DNA of 49,100 nt, filler included, from Catajapyx aquilonaris (GCA_000934665.2; 3 parts of 3 records of this genome joined end to end with filler, not necessarily neighbours in it), one strand, 5' to 3'. Positions 1 to 13,530 are shown, counted from the whole stretch's first letter. Notes: a model not told the origin generated them from the sequence alone. Numbers and translations: made by a program.

Positions 1-619
1 TGAAACTATGGTCTTGTGCTATGATCCTCTATCAAAATGAGAATTAACGGAATAGCGTAGGGCAGGCGGAAAGCAGCCGAGTGACCAGGTCGACCAAAAA
101 GGCCATGGTGGCGGTTCTTTAGAATTCCAAAGGAATCTTACTGCTAGATTTCAAGGATTAAAACACGATTGTCTACGGGGAGTCCTCCTCAGGCCTGCTG
201 CACAGGTTTCGTGATGCCATGAAGAAGAGGAGATGTGGGAAGCTGAGTTGGGGCGTTCTCCAACTTCAGGATAATGCACCACGTTACAGGACAATGTTTC
301 TAAGGCTGATGTGAGGAACTGTTGCTTCGAGGAACTTGATCACCCACCCTACTGGCCCCTAGTGACTATTACCTGTTATCCAAACTCAAAAAAGAACTTC
401 AAGGTACGGTTAAAAGGTGATGAAGAGGTGTAAGAGGCGGTATATGAGCATTTTGTAGAGAAAACATTTGACTATTTTTCCAGAGGTATTGAAATTATAA
501 TTATGAGATATGAGAAGCGCATTGGTGTACAAGGAGACTATATTGAAAAATGACACTGTCATTTTATTTCTATCACCCCTGGAACATAGCCCGGACGGAA
601 ACTTTTGGCGCCTACCTCG
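1..619 (+). mobile_element. Degenerate mariner transposon, 3' part (transposase pseudogene plus right terminal inverted repeat)
   Basis: Translation across stops and frameshifts gives mariner motifs: ETMVLCYDPLSK, KGILLLDF, KKRRCGKLSWGVLQLQDNAP, EELDHPPY, APSDYYLLSKLKKELQG, GDYIEK* (stop 551-553). The element ends ...acttttggcgcctacctcg followed by TA (620-621). Confidence 0.9.
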
Positions 620-3557
620 TACATGATATATATTTTTCTATAGCCATGGTCCATGGACAGATTCACTCAGGGTACTATTATAATTTTTATACAAGAACGG
701 AAGGTCGCATGGAATTAAATTTAATAGAGGATCGAGATATTTATATTAGAAAGGGTCCCCAATAATTAGAATGAAGAAGTCTTTTTTCGTTAATGAGATC
801 TTGTTTTATGAAGACATTATAAAGCCGGTTGTATAGCATGTGGACCGCGTTGCGCTCTTGGCGGCACTCTTCACTTACGGGATATGCGTGGCGTTGCAGT
901 CGTTGGCTGTAGTAACTTGGAGTTTGGCTCGTTACCACTCCAGGGACACATGCAACAATGGTATTTTGACAATAGGCATTTTGTGTTGGGCTGTTTCGTT
1001 AGGAACAACAACGGAGTGGGGAACTAGCCTTCATTTTGGAAACTACATAATAAATTCGCCCATATTTTTTGGATTTTTTCGGCATATTCCGTTTTAAGAT
1101 ATCAGTTTCAGTTCCGGAGTAATAGGGGTTTTTTCGTAGGGAAATGGTGACGTCCCTGTTTCCCTCGAAAATGTTGACGTCACGCGAAGTGAAATGAACG
1201 CAAAAATGATGTTATAGAACGCGCTCCGGCAGGGTCGTAAAATAATTCGTTGTACTGTGTTGGACCCAGCTGGACATTTTAGCAGTCCAAGTGTTTACTT
1301 AGTTGCCTGGTAACGGGCGAGTTTTTACTGTAAGCCGCTCAAACCGCTTTGTACGTGGCAGTGATTCCAACAGGTCGGAAATATCTGTCTCCCGAATTAG
1401 GCACATAAAGGCCCCCTTTCTCCACCTCGATGGCCTACAGCTGCCTTGCGAATGCTTTCCGTCGTGTCCGCGGTTAATTCAAAGTCATATTCCTCATATC
1501 TCGCAGTCAACCAGGCATTTCAGTGTACCCTTTCGATTGGCACCACCCGGCTGCCCCGTTTTTCCCGCCAATTTTGAAGGCACTTTTAAATGTGCCGTAA
1601 TTTATCTGAAATGTCATTTTGATGCAACAGAGTGATGGAATGTATGTTTACAGGCATGGGCTAGCTAGTTATGAACAAAAATCCCAAATCCCAGACCAAG
1701 GCTAGTTCCCCATTGGCCCTGCACAAAATAATGGAGGGAGAAGCGAAGGTAAAATCCCCCCACCCTCTTCTCAGCGCATAGGCCTACTATTCCCGCAATT
1801 TATACACAATCAAGTCCCTGCTACTTCCAACAATGACCCCGAGCAAGTGCCCAACACAAATGCCATTCTAATGCCATTGTTGCATGCGTTTATGGGCAGG
1901 CAACTAGCCAAATGCCTATGTCTTGCGCCTAGTGGTATTGAAGAGAGCGTCTATCTCATTGTTGCTTAAGAGCAATGAAGTAATTGTTGAAGTGGCAATT
2001 CTTGTTTACCCAAAACAACCACCTCACCACCTTCAAAATGCCCCTCTTCCCAACAATCTTAATCTGAAAAAGGATTCGACCAGAACGTGTGTCCCAGAAG
2101 TCGTGCTGGACTTCAACTTCAATGGCAAGGTTACTCCTTCAACTTCCAGAAAGAAAAAGATGGGTTGAAGGTGATCGGTTGGAGGNNNNNNNNNNNNNNN
2201 NGGGAGAGAGAGAGAGATTGTTAGGGAAAGACCCAGAAACTCTGTCATGCTTATTATTTGGTATACTTATACCCAGTTTATTGTTTCGCCAAGTGATAAT
2301 TTTATTGTTTATTAGGTTTCTGATATTCTTGCGCAGGTGTCGTCACTTAATAACAGTGACTCAAAATATTCACGCAGAAAAATAGCATTTGAAATAGCTG
2401 ATCGAATTAATAAATCGAAAAGGGTGGCAGGGGAGGCCAGAGGCACAAAGGTCTAGTCTATAGGAAAATAGCTGCTGTAGCAGGGATAGATATGGAGCTG
2501 TATCGAAATATCTTCACATTAGAGTACATGATTTTAGGACTACTAATAGTGTAGCAAAGAAACAAAAGTTGAGAAATTCCTTGGCCGCTGGAAGGAAAGC
2601 ATTGGCCATGAGAAATTCTTCCGGAAGTTGGAAACGCACGGCTTATGGAAAGGGCTAAAAGAGGCAACTGGGCTCGACTGGGCTCTGGTCTATCCTGAGT
2701 CCTGACTGATGAAAAGACTGATAGGCCTACTACCAGTAGGGTGGCATGGAATGCTTTCCCGACCTGAGGCCAAAATGAACCAAAGGTATAGGATTAGGTC
2801 TTTCAAGCAGTTAAGGACAAGGCCGTTTTGGCACTAGTTTCATGACAAGTATTGAAGGTTGTCTATTACAAAAAGCTAAGGGCATCCTGGCTACGCCAAA
2901 GCGATTCTTATTATTGTTCAGACATTACTTTCTTACATTAGGGAAGATTTGACACGACTCTGCCAATTTGGTTTTTCTGTTTTTGTCCAAGCAATCCTGC
3001 GTCTGGACACACTTTGCAATCGTGGGAATAGCACTGGGATCTTGGTAACAAATTCCAAAGGGGACTGCTTCGAAGGTGATGGAGGAAAATAAGGTGTGCG
3101 GTAAGCCAATTTTCAGAAAAAAATCATTTCACGAACTTTTGGATGGCACCTTGTATAAACCATTTCAACCACGTCTCAAAGGAAAATGAAAGCTCATTTG
3201 AACTTCCTTTCTGTGCAAAACATTTTCATGGGACAAAGTTGATTTTTCACATGTCGTCCAAATATTTGGGTCCATCTCTATTCTCTGACTAAAATTGTTT
3301 TCTCTTGTCTGAACTCCTGACAGATACCTGTACCAAAATTACCAATCCCAACCCCCACTTCACAGGTGAATCCCATGGTTAATCTAATTAGGTAAAGTGA
3401 GTTTTGCAGTCTTTAGTAAGTAGATAATATAAAATTACTCTAAATATTTAGATGAAATTTATCTAAGTTTTTTAGTATAAGAAAAATGGTAGCATATGGA
3501 ATAGTAACACATGCACACAGTGAAATAATTATATCAAAGAAAACAGGGACTAAGTAC

Positions 3558-4253
3558 AGGGCCATCTAAAAAGAATGTCCCAATTTTAAAATCCTATAAC
3601 TCGAAAACTTGTAGACATATCTAAATCATTTAAGTTTTGAAATGCTAAGAAGGGTCTAAAGTTTTGGTCTCACCTACGTTTATTTCGATGGGAACTCCAT
3701 TTGTCACTCAAAAAATGTAAATACAGTAATCGGTGTCGTGCCTAACCCAATCAGACATGTCTGAAGTCACCATTGTGATCCTATCCCTTAGGTGCTGGAG
3801 ATCCCGGATCTTTTCAACATACATGTATCTCCACAAAAAAGTCCATCGGGGTACGATCTGGGCTTTTAGGGGGGCTAGGCATTGGGGAACTTCTCATCCA
3901 AGACTTCACACACTGGGGGGCTCAACAAATGAAACCTTCCGGCAGGTTTGTTTCATGGATGAGGCGACTTTTTATGTGAATCATCAAGAACAATGTGGGT
4001 GGTGTGAAGACCCATCATCTCCAGATAGGATCGCAATGGTAACTTCAGATATGATTGAGCAGGTTTGGCTCGAGACAGGATCCAGTCTTTTTTATTCGCT
4101 GAGCAACAAATGAAGTTCATATCGAAACAAACTAAGGTGAGACAAAAACTTTAGACCTTTCTTAGCATTTCAATAGTTAAATCATTAAGATATGTCTACA
4201 AGTTTTCGAGTTATAGGGTTTTTAAATTGGGACATTCTTTTTCGATGACCCTG
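3558..4253. mobile_element. Non-autonomous Tc1/mariner-superfamily element with long inverted arms
   Basis: TA|cagggccatctaaaaagaatgtccc...gggacattctttttcgatgaccctg|TA. Inverted similarity extends over 200 bp. Internal transposase scraps: CFMDEATF on +, PDRTPMDFF on -. Confidence 0.85.
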
Positions 4254-5418
4254 TATAACCAAGCAGAACATTTACTGACAACTCCTCATCCACCATGTAT
4301 CAATGAATAGCATCAGTCCCATGGGAGAACAAGTAACAGTAAATAATGGATTATTACAAATGGGAATATCTTGAGGTTATTTGCCAAGGATTACTTGATT
4401 CGAGTCACCAGTAGTTACAAAATCCATTGTCAACACTGTTTACCAGCAGTTTGTGCCAGTAATCAAAGAAAAATTGCAGTCTAGAAGCCATTACAGTTCT
4501 TAAAAGCTATTGAAAAGCATATGAAACTCTTCAAAAATGTCATTTTAAAAATAATGTTGGAATGGACTACAAATATACTGCTCAATTGTTTTTGTCCTTG
4601 TGTGACACCTACAAAACCTCTGAGAACTGGAATCTCTCCCAGTTTGTCACTTGAGGATACTTCTTATGTAGTTGCAGCTGGTACCTGGTTAGAGGCAGTC
4701 GCCTTCTGGAACCACCACCACTTTCTTTTCAGAATTCCTGGGACACTGTTCACTACGTTGCTACCCCTTTGATATATTCCTTGGCAGATCCTGTTTACAT
4801 TGACTTCGTTTTCTAGATGTTACAACATTTACTAGCCCAAGTACTTGTTACCATATGTACAAAGTTTGACACTGGAAAGTCTAGTGCCAATCTTTAAATA
4901 TTAAAATTCCATTTTCTAAGTGAGACCACCCATCCTAAATTTTCACAGGTCCATCAGGTTTGAGTAAGACTTAAAAGTAATGCACAGACAAAATGCATTT
5001 GGACCATGAAACTTATCCAAACTAATTAACCCCTGAATTTCAGGTTGCATTAATCCACATGCATTTAGAATGTCTGCCTCCTAGGGCCTTCACATTGTCA
5101 TATAAATATGACTAGTAATAATAAGCTACAGACAAGTGTTTGCAGACATTGACTCATCATTAAAATTTTGAATCTGTGACACACTGCCAGTAGCACAGCA
5201 GACCTATGTCCCTATTAATATCAAATTGAAGCATTGAAGATGGACATAGCACGACCTAGAGCCTCCTTTTCCTGCCCTTCCCTCCACTCTTGTCATAGGT
5301 GGGGAGACCCGGGCCAAATTTAGTGCTACAAAGATGTATCTGTGTCACAGATATATTGCACCTCTGGACTTTTCCTTCCACATCCTGCAAACATCTGGGA
5401 TACTTGGAGGTTAAAATA

Positions 5419-5733
5419 CACTGTACTCCTGATTATCCGTGCTCAAGTGTGCCTGGACAATTGGAAAACACAACCAATCCAAAAATAGTTCCAGAAAATG
5501 TAAAAATGAGCTATTCACAGATTCTTAATGAACTACTGTACATTCTGTATGATGCTTTAAATCAGGTTTAATCAAAATAATAAAACTTACCATATATTTG
5601 TACTTTGTCTTCTGGAAAAAAGTCTCTTATATTTCTTTGTTTGCGAGACATATTGCCATTCTTGCAGACATCCATTTCTAACCTTTTTTAGGCGATGCAT
5701 GGATAATCCGCACCCGGATAATCAGGAGTAGTG
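5419..5733. mobile_element. Tigger/pogo-like MITE
   Basis: Imperfect TIRs cactgtactcctgattatccg / cggataatcaggagtagtg, flanked by TA on both sides. Confidence 0.6.
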
Positions 5734-7941
5734 TACACAAAAAATACCAGTTGTTTGTATAAGAGAGGATAGTATTACACGATTAAGCCCTTGTACAGGA
5801 TCCCGAAAACTAGTCAACTTGATCAATGTGTGACCAAAAGCAATACAAGTTCAATGCGGAGCATTTTTTAGGCCAGACACAAACAAATTGTTTATTTAAC
5901 AATAATTTCACATTCAACTAGGACTCATGGAAGTGGACAGCTTGAAATATTTAAACCACTAATGGCCAGTTCTACAGCATCAGGTACACCAATGTCTTGG
6001 GCTTTTTATTGCCTGAACAATTAATGAAACAATAACAATAAAAATTGCAAGGTACATGATAATAAAATTGCATTGGTACACAGCTGAACATAACATCAGT
6101 TCCTTGAAAATTTTCCAACATGAGCAGCGCATGTGGAGATCGTCACTTGCGCCACCCACGTCGAAAATTTCCAAGGGACTGCTATTATGTCCAGCCATGT
6201 GCAACCACCCCTACATTCAATAACCCTCAAATTAATCTTTTGAAGGAATGCCTTTTAAAACTCAAATTATCATACAACAAAATATAATGCATTAGTAGGA
6301 AATCATAGAAAATTAAATTTGCATTGCTTTTAATCTCACACCCACCAATTATTTTAGAACCCCAAATTACAACTCCATAAAAGCTACATTGATCATTGTA
6401 ATCACTTTGGAATGATGATATGACTTCCACAACTTTTCAGCAGGTAAAAGTTCAACCCAAGTTTATATGTATTCACAATGTATCGTAGCACTAATCACTG
6501 CACTGAGTTCACAATATGCAACTCCCGTGACACAGCACAATTTCAGCACTGCCGAGTCCAATAATCACAGCCAGTTTATCTCAGTAAATCATGACACTAC
6601 AATGAACAAATTTTTACCAAGTGTGCATTCAGTTTTATCACTTCGATGTCAGTTCTTTGGTAATAATTTTACAATGACAGGTATTCTCCGCGTCCATCAT
6701 TCAGCTGCAGAGCTTCCAGGTGACATTTACATGCTCAAAAATCACAGGAATACCCACAGTAACAATACATAGCCTTGATATAGCACTGCATGTTGTTGCC
6801 CGGTTCCAAATGTGCAGTCTTATAAAAAATGTATTTCCCCTTTGCAACAGCCTGTGTCAGTAAAACCACTGTAATGTACAGATCTTAAGTCATACTGCAT
6901 GTCAAAACTCGGACACTTGGGGTATACAATCATTAATTTCATGTGGGGTATAACACATCCCAGTGGCAAAAAAAAAGTTACAACCAAGTGAAGACTTTTC
7001 ACATTACCAAGCCCTCGTTTTCCATGAATACTTGCATCCAATACACTGAATACTTGATGCATTTTTCAGTTTCTAGCTGCGCACACACCCATCCCAAGTA
7101 GAATTCCCATTACAATGTAACTCACCAGCATTTACAGGACATGTGATAGCTAAGAAATTACTGGATTGGTCATTTTCAACATCAGCAACCCTACAGTGAA
7201 AGGTCATGGGCATTTCATGAAGAGGAATGAAGTGCAATATCTAAAACATTCATTCATTCTAATCTTGACTCTAGCCAGCATAAAAGTTTCACTACAAGTT
7301 GGTCCGTAGTGGTTTTTTTTTTTAAATCATCCACAAAAGACCATGTTTCCAGAAATATGAAGACTATGAAGTTACTCAGTAGTTGATCTCATAAAAACTG
7401 CTACTATCTTGAAAACTTGTCCCATACAGAAGAGTAAAAACTTATGAAATCTTAGTATATTGAACATAACACCTTCACAAATACAAAAGATTCTTTATTA
7501 CTTTTGTTGTGCCAACCCATAATGTCACTGACAATTAGTTATGCAAGGACATTATTACTGATAATACCACACCTGCCATTTTAACTCAGATAGGTGCCAC
7601 TGTACCAATGAGAAGACCTTTTCAGCAAACAACTTCTCACCTTCTTTGCTACAGAACAACCATAAACTTTCATACAGGCACTAACACCTGAGTGTTTATG
7701 AAAAGTACACTATCACTAATGCTGCTGTTAACATTCCAGTATTGCACAAGATCCAAGCATCACACATATATGTGACTCAAATATATCATTCTGACACAAT
7801 AAGGAAGTTAAATATAAGTGCACAATTTTGAATGACAGTTGCATCAAATCAAAATATTCTGATTCTCGCATAGCACTTCGCAAATACATATGGAAACACT
7901 CAACTACAAAGGAAATAAATTAAGGATTTCATTGTACATAC

Positions 7942-8794
7942 GGACTTAGCGGTCACAACAGGTAGCAGTTGACTTGGTTCCATCCGGTCCCTGTAAGTAC
8001 CAATTACAATACATCACCACGCAAAATCAATTATGTGGACAATGTACAGTACCGTTCATAAAGAATGGTACGACGCTATGTGGACGAAATATTTATCCTG
8101 TTCTCAACCCCTGGGTTGCCAGCATGTTTTTAGGGGTCATGAGGAAGTCCGGGGAAAGGGAATCAAAATAAAATAAAAGAGAGAAGAAAAAAACAAAGCA
8201 AAGTCGGAAAATTTTAGGGGGGAAATTCATATCAAATCTACGTAAGCATTGCACCTGGTTGAACATTTTGGTAATTAAAAATTTTATTTAAAAATTGGGA
8301 TGGGTCATACGAGTCACCCGAGGTCCAGAAAAGGTTGTCCACAGGGATTTGTCAAAATAAGGTTGAGAATAATGCTAGATGATCAGGATAAACATTTCGT
8401 CCATAGTCGTACCATTCTTGATGAATTAGACTGTACTCCAACTGAGTTAAAGTTACATACCATGCTTTCTTTTGTTGCGTTGTTAACGGTATCCGGGCAA
8501 CCACTAGGGATGTGTTCTTGGGGATGAGGGTGGAATCATCCATATATACTGAATTTAAGAAACCATTAGTGCCAAAACATAGCCCATTGTTGAATAATTG
8601 CTCAGACATGCAGCTCATGATTACTCACCCTCCTTGGTTTGAGCGTTGGTAATCTGCAGATCGAAATCATTATTTCGGCCAAGTCGTTTCTGTTGTATAA
8701 TTGATCTTTTCAAGTCCCCCACACAGATGTGAAGTCCATCAAAGGCCACAGTATCATACTCTAAAGCAGATTTGAATTTGTAGTGGACCGACAT
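7942..8794 (-). CDS. RBBP6: RBBP6 (snama/Mpe1 orthologue), first three coding exons encoding the DWNN ubiquitin-like domain. The remaining exons were not found and probably lie left of the window.
   Basis: Exons 8794-8629 (166 nt, MSVHYKFKSALEYDTVAFDGLHICVGDLKRSIIQQKRLGRNNDFDLQITNAQTKE), 8548-8461 (88 nt, VYMDDSTLIPKNTSLVVARIPLTTQQKKAW) and 7990-7942 (49 nt, DRMEPSQLLPVVTAKS). All introns are GT-AG and phase-consistent. The first two exons are clearly DWNN. Exon 3 is inferred from splice sites and phase. Confidence 0.93.
8047..8433. mobile_element. TA-flanked MITE with a probable nested hAT-like MITE, in RBBP6 coding intron 2
   Basis: Outer arms cagtaccgttcataaagaatggtacgac...gacgaaatatttatcctg / caggataaacatttcgtcca..gtcgtaccattcttgatgaattagactg, flanked by TA. 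Inner ttctcaacc...ggttgagaa ends (~8100-8370) resemble hAT MITE termini. Confidence 0.7.
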
Positions 8795-9492
8795 TGGGCA
8801 TTCTTTTTGGGCCACTAGTATTCACACAACCAAAATATCTGCAAGGAGAGAGAAAGAATCTGTAAATAACATCCCTTTTAGCAGCCTTTCATCAGATGAC
8901 ATGTTTAATGCTTCAGTAATATAAGGTTCATTCATATAAATGTGGCATGGGCATATAGCAAGTTTCCGGATGGGTTTGTCACGACATCTTACATGCAAAA
9001 CTAATGCCGTACCGGTGTAGTATTATGACACACTGACCGTTGGCCATTCGATCACTCGACACAGTCACAATGTGCTTTTGTTCAGGACTGACACCACTCC
9101 CCACCCCAGCCCCCGTCAAAAAGACCGTCCAGTCAGATATGGAGGCAACGGACGTTCACCAGCGAACCGTAATCCAGTTTTGAAGGTGTCAGGAGTGCAG
9201 GAATCCATCTCAGTATGAGTAGGCCTACCGTGTACAAAAACTGTATATCTATGTGGGGACCTTCTTGCACCTAGCCCCTCAATTTTAGGTGAGTTTATTG
9301 GGGAAGCCACAGCAAATAAGGCATGAGGCATCACATTTTAGTGTCCCTCCCTTCCCCCAACTGGTCCCTACCTCTCCCACTTGCTCTGCTTTCACTTGAA
9401 TCACTGAAATGTGTTATTCAAAGTAGTGTTACCAATAGGCTTCTAGCATTTAACTCTCCTATCCAGTTTTACCTTTTTCCAAGTGCACAGAA

Positions 9493-9847
9493 TTTTTTTA
9501 AATATTTTGTGTGTGTGTGTTTTTTTTTTGGCATTACCCCATTGGGAGTTACATCTCTAGGGGGGTGGAATACCACCATCTGGGTGGAACCGGTATACTA
9601 AGATAGTATTTAGTTTGTTCCAAGGGTAAGTAGGAGGGGATGTGCAAAGTGCAAGTGCAATGTCTCTAATCGTCATTTTGTGAACTCCCCCGGGTGGCTT
9701 AGCCTATCGGAAATTGCCACCCGAAATGAAGCCAGAGATGGCCCAACTCTGCACGGAAAAAGGTGGGAACCCCGGGTGGGGATCGAACCCGGGACCTTAA
9801 TATCCGTGGGCGCATACGTTACCGCAGCGCCACTTCATCTCCCCCTA
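9493..9847 (-). mobile_element. Full-length tRNA-derived SINE
   Basis: Minus-strand head has A-box TGGCGCTGCGG and B-box GGTTCGATCCC. The tail is A/(CA)-rich. A 14-bp target-site duplication ccaagtgcacagaa lies at 9479-9492 and 9848-9861. Confidence 0.88.
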
Positions 9848-9878
9848 CCAAGTGCACAGAAATTACAACACCAATATA

Positions 9879-10535
9879 CAGGGTGATCCAAAACACTTGT
9901 CTGACTAATGTGGCTATTTGTTGGCACTAAGCTGCATAAATTTAGCAGTTACTTTTAATAACTATCAAACGTGATATTACACCCAAACAGAAACATCCAT
10001 TCAAGCTGTGAACTGCAAAATATTTCTGATTAGGAATGGCCCATTGGAACAATTACCATCTCATGTCAATGACAACCCATTTGGTGCATGCCAGAGTCCA
10101 TTTGCAGGCCTTAAAAAGGATGCTTGTATGCAACCCAGCCCCCAGTCACTCGGACCTATACCTGTGCATGCCTCCCCCCGTGAGCTTAGCTGATCTCCCC
10201 ACCGAGGGGGGTTGGCCACTCGAGTCAGGTACTGAACTGGTGGTGCCTTACCTAGCGGGGCAATTCTGAACCAATTGGGTCGACTCTAACTGGCTGGCGT
10301 CTTAAAGGCCTCCTATACTACCCCAGCCAATCAGAGTTGACCAAAATGGTTCTGAGGTGGCCACTACTTAATGCGGTACCTGACTCTAGCACCCCCCGTG
10401 GCCAACCCCCCTCAGTGGGGGAGATCAACTAAGCTCATGCCAAAAGAGGGAGTGTGACTGGGGGCTGATGTAACCTAATATTAGCAGCTAATACTTTTGA
10501 TAATCACAAGTCAAGAAGTATTTTGGATACCCCTG
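9879..10535. mobile_element. Tc1/mariner-type MITE hosting a nested hAT element
   Basis: TA|cagggtgatccaaaacactt...aagtattttggatacccctg|TA. Confidence 0.7.
10136..10467. mobile_element. Palindromic hAT-type MITE
   Basis: TIRs cagcccccagtcac / gtgactgggggctg, long internal inverted arms (tgagcttagctgatctccccc... / ...gggggagatcaactaagctca), and an 8-bp TSD atgcaacc/atgtaacc with one mismatch. Confidence 0.8.
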
Positions 10536-12825
10536 TATGGTACGTCTAGTGGGGTGACTTGTCTGCCCAACTGACCCTGCAGGGTGGTTGGGTGGACTGA
10601 CACATGCATGTCAGTGAGACTAATTGAATAGCCTAATAAAACAAGGACCAAATTCCAAGGTGGAAAAAAGGTGAGGGTATAAGAAAAAAATCGCCATTTG
10701 TCAACTATTTGAGGTACACATGCGGAAGTAAAGTGAACAAGCCTGAAATTGCCATGGCATCCTATCTGCGATTTTCACTCCTCCCTACTCTTAAAACCAG
10801 TTCCTATTATGTAGCCAATAGTATTTGCTCCTTATCAGCCAGGGCTGCTTGTGTACAGGATGTTCCCATTTTATGCTGCTTCATTTTACATTAATACCGA
10901 TTTGAAAACTACAGTTGAAAATCTTTTAATCAAATAATTATAAAAAAAATTGAAGATAACAATATAAACATAAACACATCACTGCTACACTTCCGAGTCC
11001 AAACACACGACCATAAATGCTCTTCTTTTGTTTTACGTAGTGTCTTGTGACAGGGTCTATCAATATACAGTCTCGTACAGTACCATATTGTTGGTCTCGG
11101 CACTCCCTGAAGTACTGTAACCATCTTTACAATACACTACATGTACTGCAGTTCTTCCCAAAGAAGGGAATGGAACCATCAGAACCTGGTGACCCTCAAC
11201 CTGGAACATCCCATTAAACATGTGTATTGAATGTTTCAAATACTGAGCATTAAAAACAGCAATATTATTATTGTCTGTGGAAAATTTTGGAAATTTTGGA
11301 ACCTATCTAATTTACGTACAATAATTTTGTCTCATTTTACGCTGATTCACTTTCACTGCTACGTTGCTGGAACCAATTAACGGCGTAAAATGGGTACTTC
11401 CTGTACTTTGACCAACACATTGGAGGGACCCTGTGCCCCTCTCAAGCTTGATGCAAGTTTAAGACACAAATATATGAATGCACCACCCACACTCCCAGCC
11501 AGCCCCCTGTCACTTCCCCCCTAGCTGTATGGATATGATAGTTTAATTCCTGTGTCTCCGCCAGGCCCGGATTTTGGGGCTGGCAGTGCTACAGCATTCG
11601 CTATACCGACATCTTTTCAAAGTGCCTCAAGTGGTAAGTGTGCGGAAGCAAAGAAAGATCGAGCCAATCGGCAGACTCACCCGCTACCTACCACCCGAGT
11701 TGCACCTTGATCAAGATGGCGGCTTAGCAAACGATGGGACACAGAAATTACACTACCGTATTATAGGAGTGTCATGGGGCTGCTGCCAGCATTCCACAAC
11801 CCAGCTGATGAAATCATGACCAGTCCGATATGAATGGGAAGTGACACTTTGTTCATCCTCAATGTCACTGAATTTCTTCAGTTTATCATGCAATACATTC
11901 TTTAAAACAGGCCCACTCTATTGAGTAACATGAACAATTAGAATGCAGTTTCTTATACGTAATTTGCACAACTTTATGTGGTATTCCTCCAACAACATTC
12001 CACAGCAACTATACGGAATGCCAACTAAGCATGAGTTACACCATGGTTGGCTCTACTAAATATAACCAGTCACAAGGTTTACTGCAGACAGGAGCAAGTT
12101 CTCTTCACTAGCAATAATACAAAACAAAATGAAATTAATGACAAGTTTACAAATTCATTGACATGCTCCAAGTAGCTCCATGACTGTTTAGCTTACCCAA
12201 ATGCACATTCAACTGCAGTGATCCCCACTGAATGTTGGCCCATGGAGAAGTGATACTTATAGACACTCATCTTGGAGCTTCAGGGCATAACTGCATGGTT
12301 AGCAACACATTCACTAGCGACTGTGCTGCCCTTGTCAGGGGTGGATGGATGAAGTTTGAATGTGATTCCATTTATTATAAACAATTTATAATGTATTACT
12401 AACATAAAATTATGTTACTAATTTATAATTCTATTGTGACACTCTTAGCAGCTTAGAACATTCATAGTTTGGATTGTGTATATGAAAATCATAATGAGTC
12501 ATCCAATCACCCACCAGTGGCACTTCAACTCTCAGTTTCACATCCACAGATTATTCCACTCGTCCATGGTCTCCTGCACACAGGTTGAGGTAAATGTGTG
12601 GTCAAGTAAAACTGCACACCCATTACTGAATGCTGATTGGAAGCACACACATTTTCCACTTTCATCAGCAACCTACACCCAATAACAACCCACACATCTA
12701 ATACAGGTTACACTGTTCCAATCAAAACCTTTGACAATTTTACAGAAGCTATTCGTTATTTTGAAATCGAACATATTCAGCCTGTGAAAAGCACTGACAT
12801 AACCAGCCTTTCATTGTTTCTTATA

Positions 12826-12925
12826 CAGTAAAACCTCGATATAACACTATACAAGGGACCGCCCAAAAGTAGCGTTAAAATCTGGAAAGCGTTGTATGCA
12901 GGAGCATTATATCGAGGTTTTACTG
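12826..12925. mobile_element. 100-bp Tigger-like MITE
   Basis: TA|cagtaaaacctcgatataa...ttatatcgaggttttactg|TA. Confidence 0.8.
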
Positions 12926-13347
12926 TAGTGCTGATATTCTTGACAGTCATTGTTATGCACTATTTTTTACGGTGCCCAGTCCTATTCTAACACTAGCTTG
13001 TATCAATACATCAAATTATTGCAGACCATACTTCATTGTTGTCTACCATTTACCTAACAATCAACAACAATACAGGTCATCAAAACTAGGCAGATCAATA
13101 CAATCTGCCCTTAAGTCTGACATTATTTGGCCTTAAAACCTCGACACCATTCAACACAACCCACCTTTTCCATGTTTGTGAATTTCCTTATTCTACAAGA
13201 TAGCACAAGCACTTGAAATTCACGACCTATATCTACTCACGACGATACCATACAATCTCCTCTATCTCACAACAAAGGTGAATTCCCCGGAAATTAATTT
13301 GATAAAAACTCAAGCAAATCGCATCTAGTGACGCAATTGCAACTTAC

Positions 13348-13530
13348 TCTTCACCAGGCCTGCTGTGTAAACGGCACGGATCCTACTAACAGACGTCCAA
13401 AGGCAGACGCTGACCACGTCAACCGGTCGAATCACACTACCTCCTCATCCTCGTACCCTGCTCGTACCTCCGAAAAACGGGATGTTCGATGAAGAAAGGG
13501 GGGGAAAAAAAATCAAGATGGCGTCACTAA
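13348..13530 (-). promoter_or_regulatory. Putative RBBP6 promoter and non-coding first exon
   Basis: CpG-rich stretch with a YY1-type motif (CAAGATGGCG, 13514-13523) and a strong minus-strand donor AGA|GTAAGT at 13348/13347. It would splice to the acceptor ttgcag| at 8839/8838, just upstream of the RBBP6 ATG. This pairing is inferred. Confidence 0.5.

Noticed and set aside
620..7899. Search for further RBBP6 exons (SEEDKI region, zinc knuckle, RING)
   Set aside because: No phase-compatible exon with these motifs was found. Candidates near 4790 and 5385 hit a stop or lack similarity.
9770..9847. tRNA-like sequence with A and B boxes
   Set aside because: There is no proper acceptor or anticodon stem. 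It continues into a body and tail with TSDs, so it is a SINE head.
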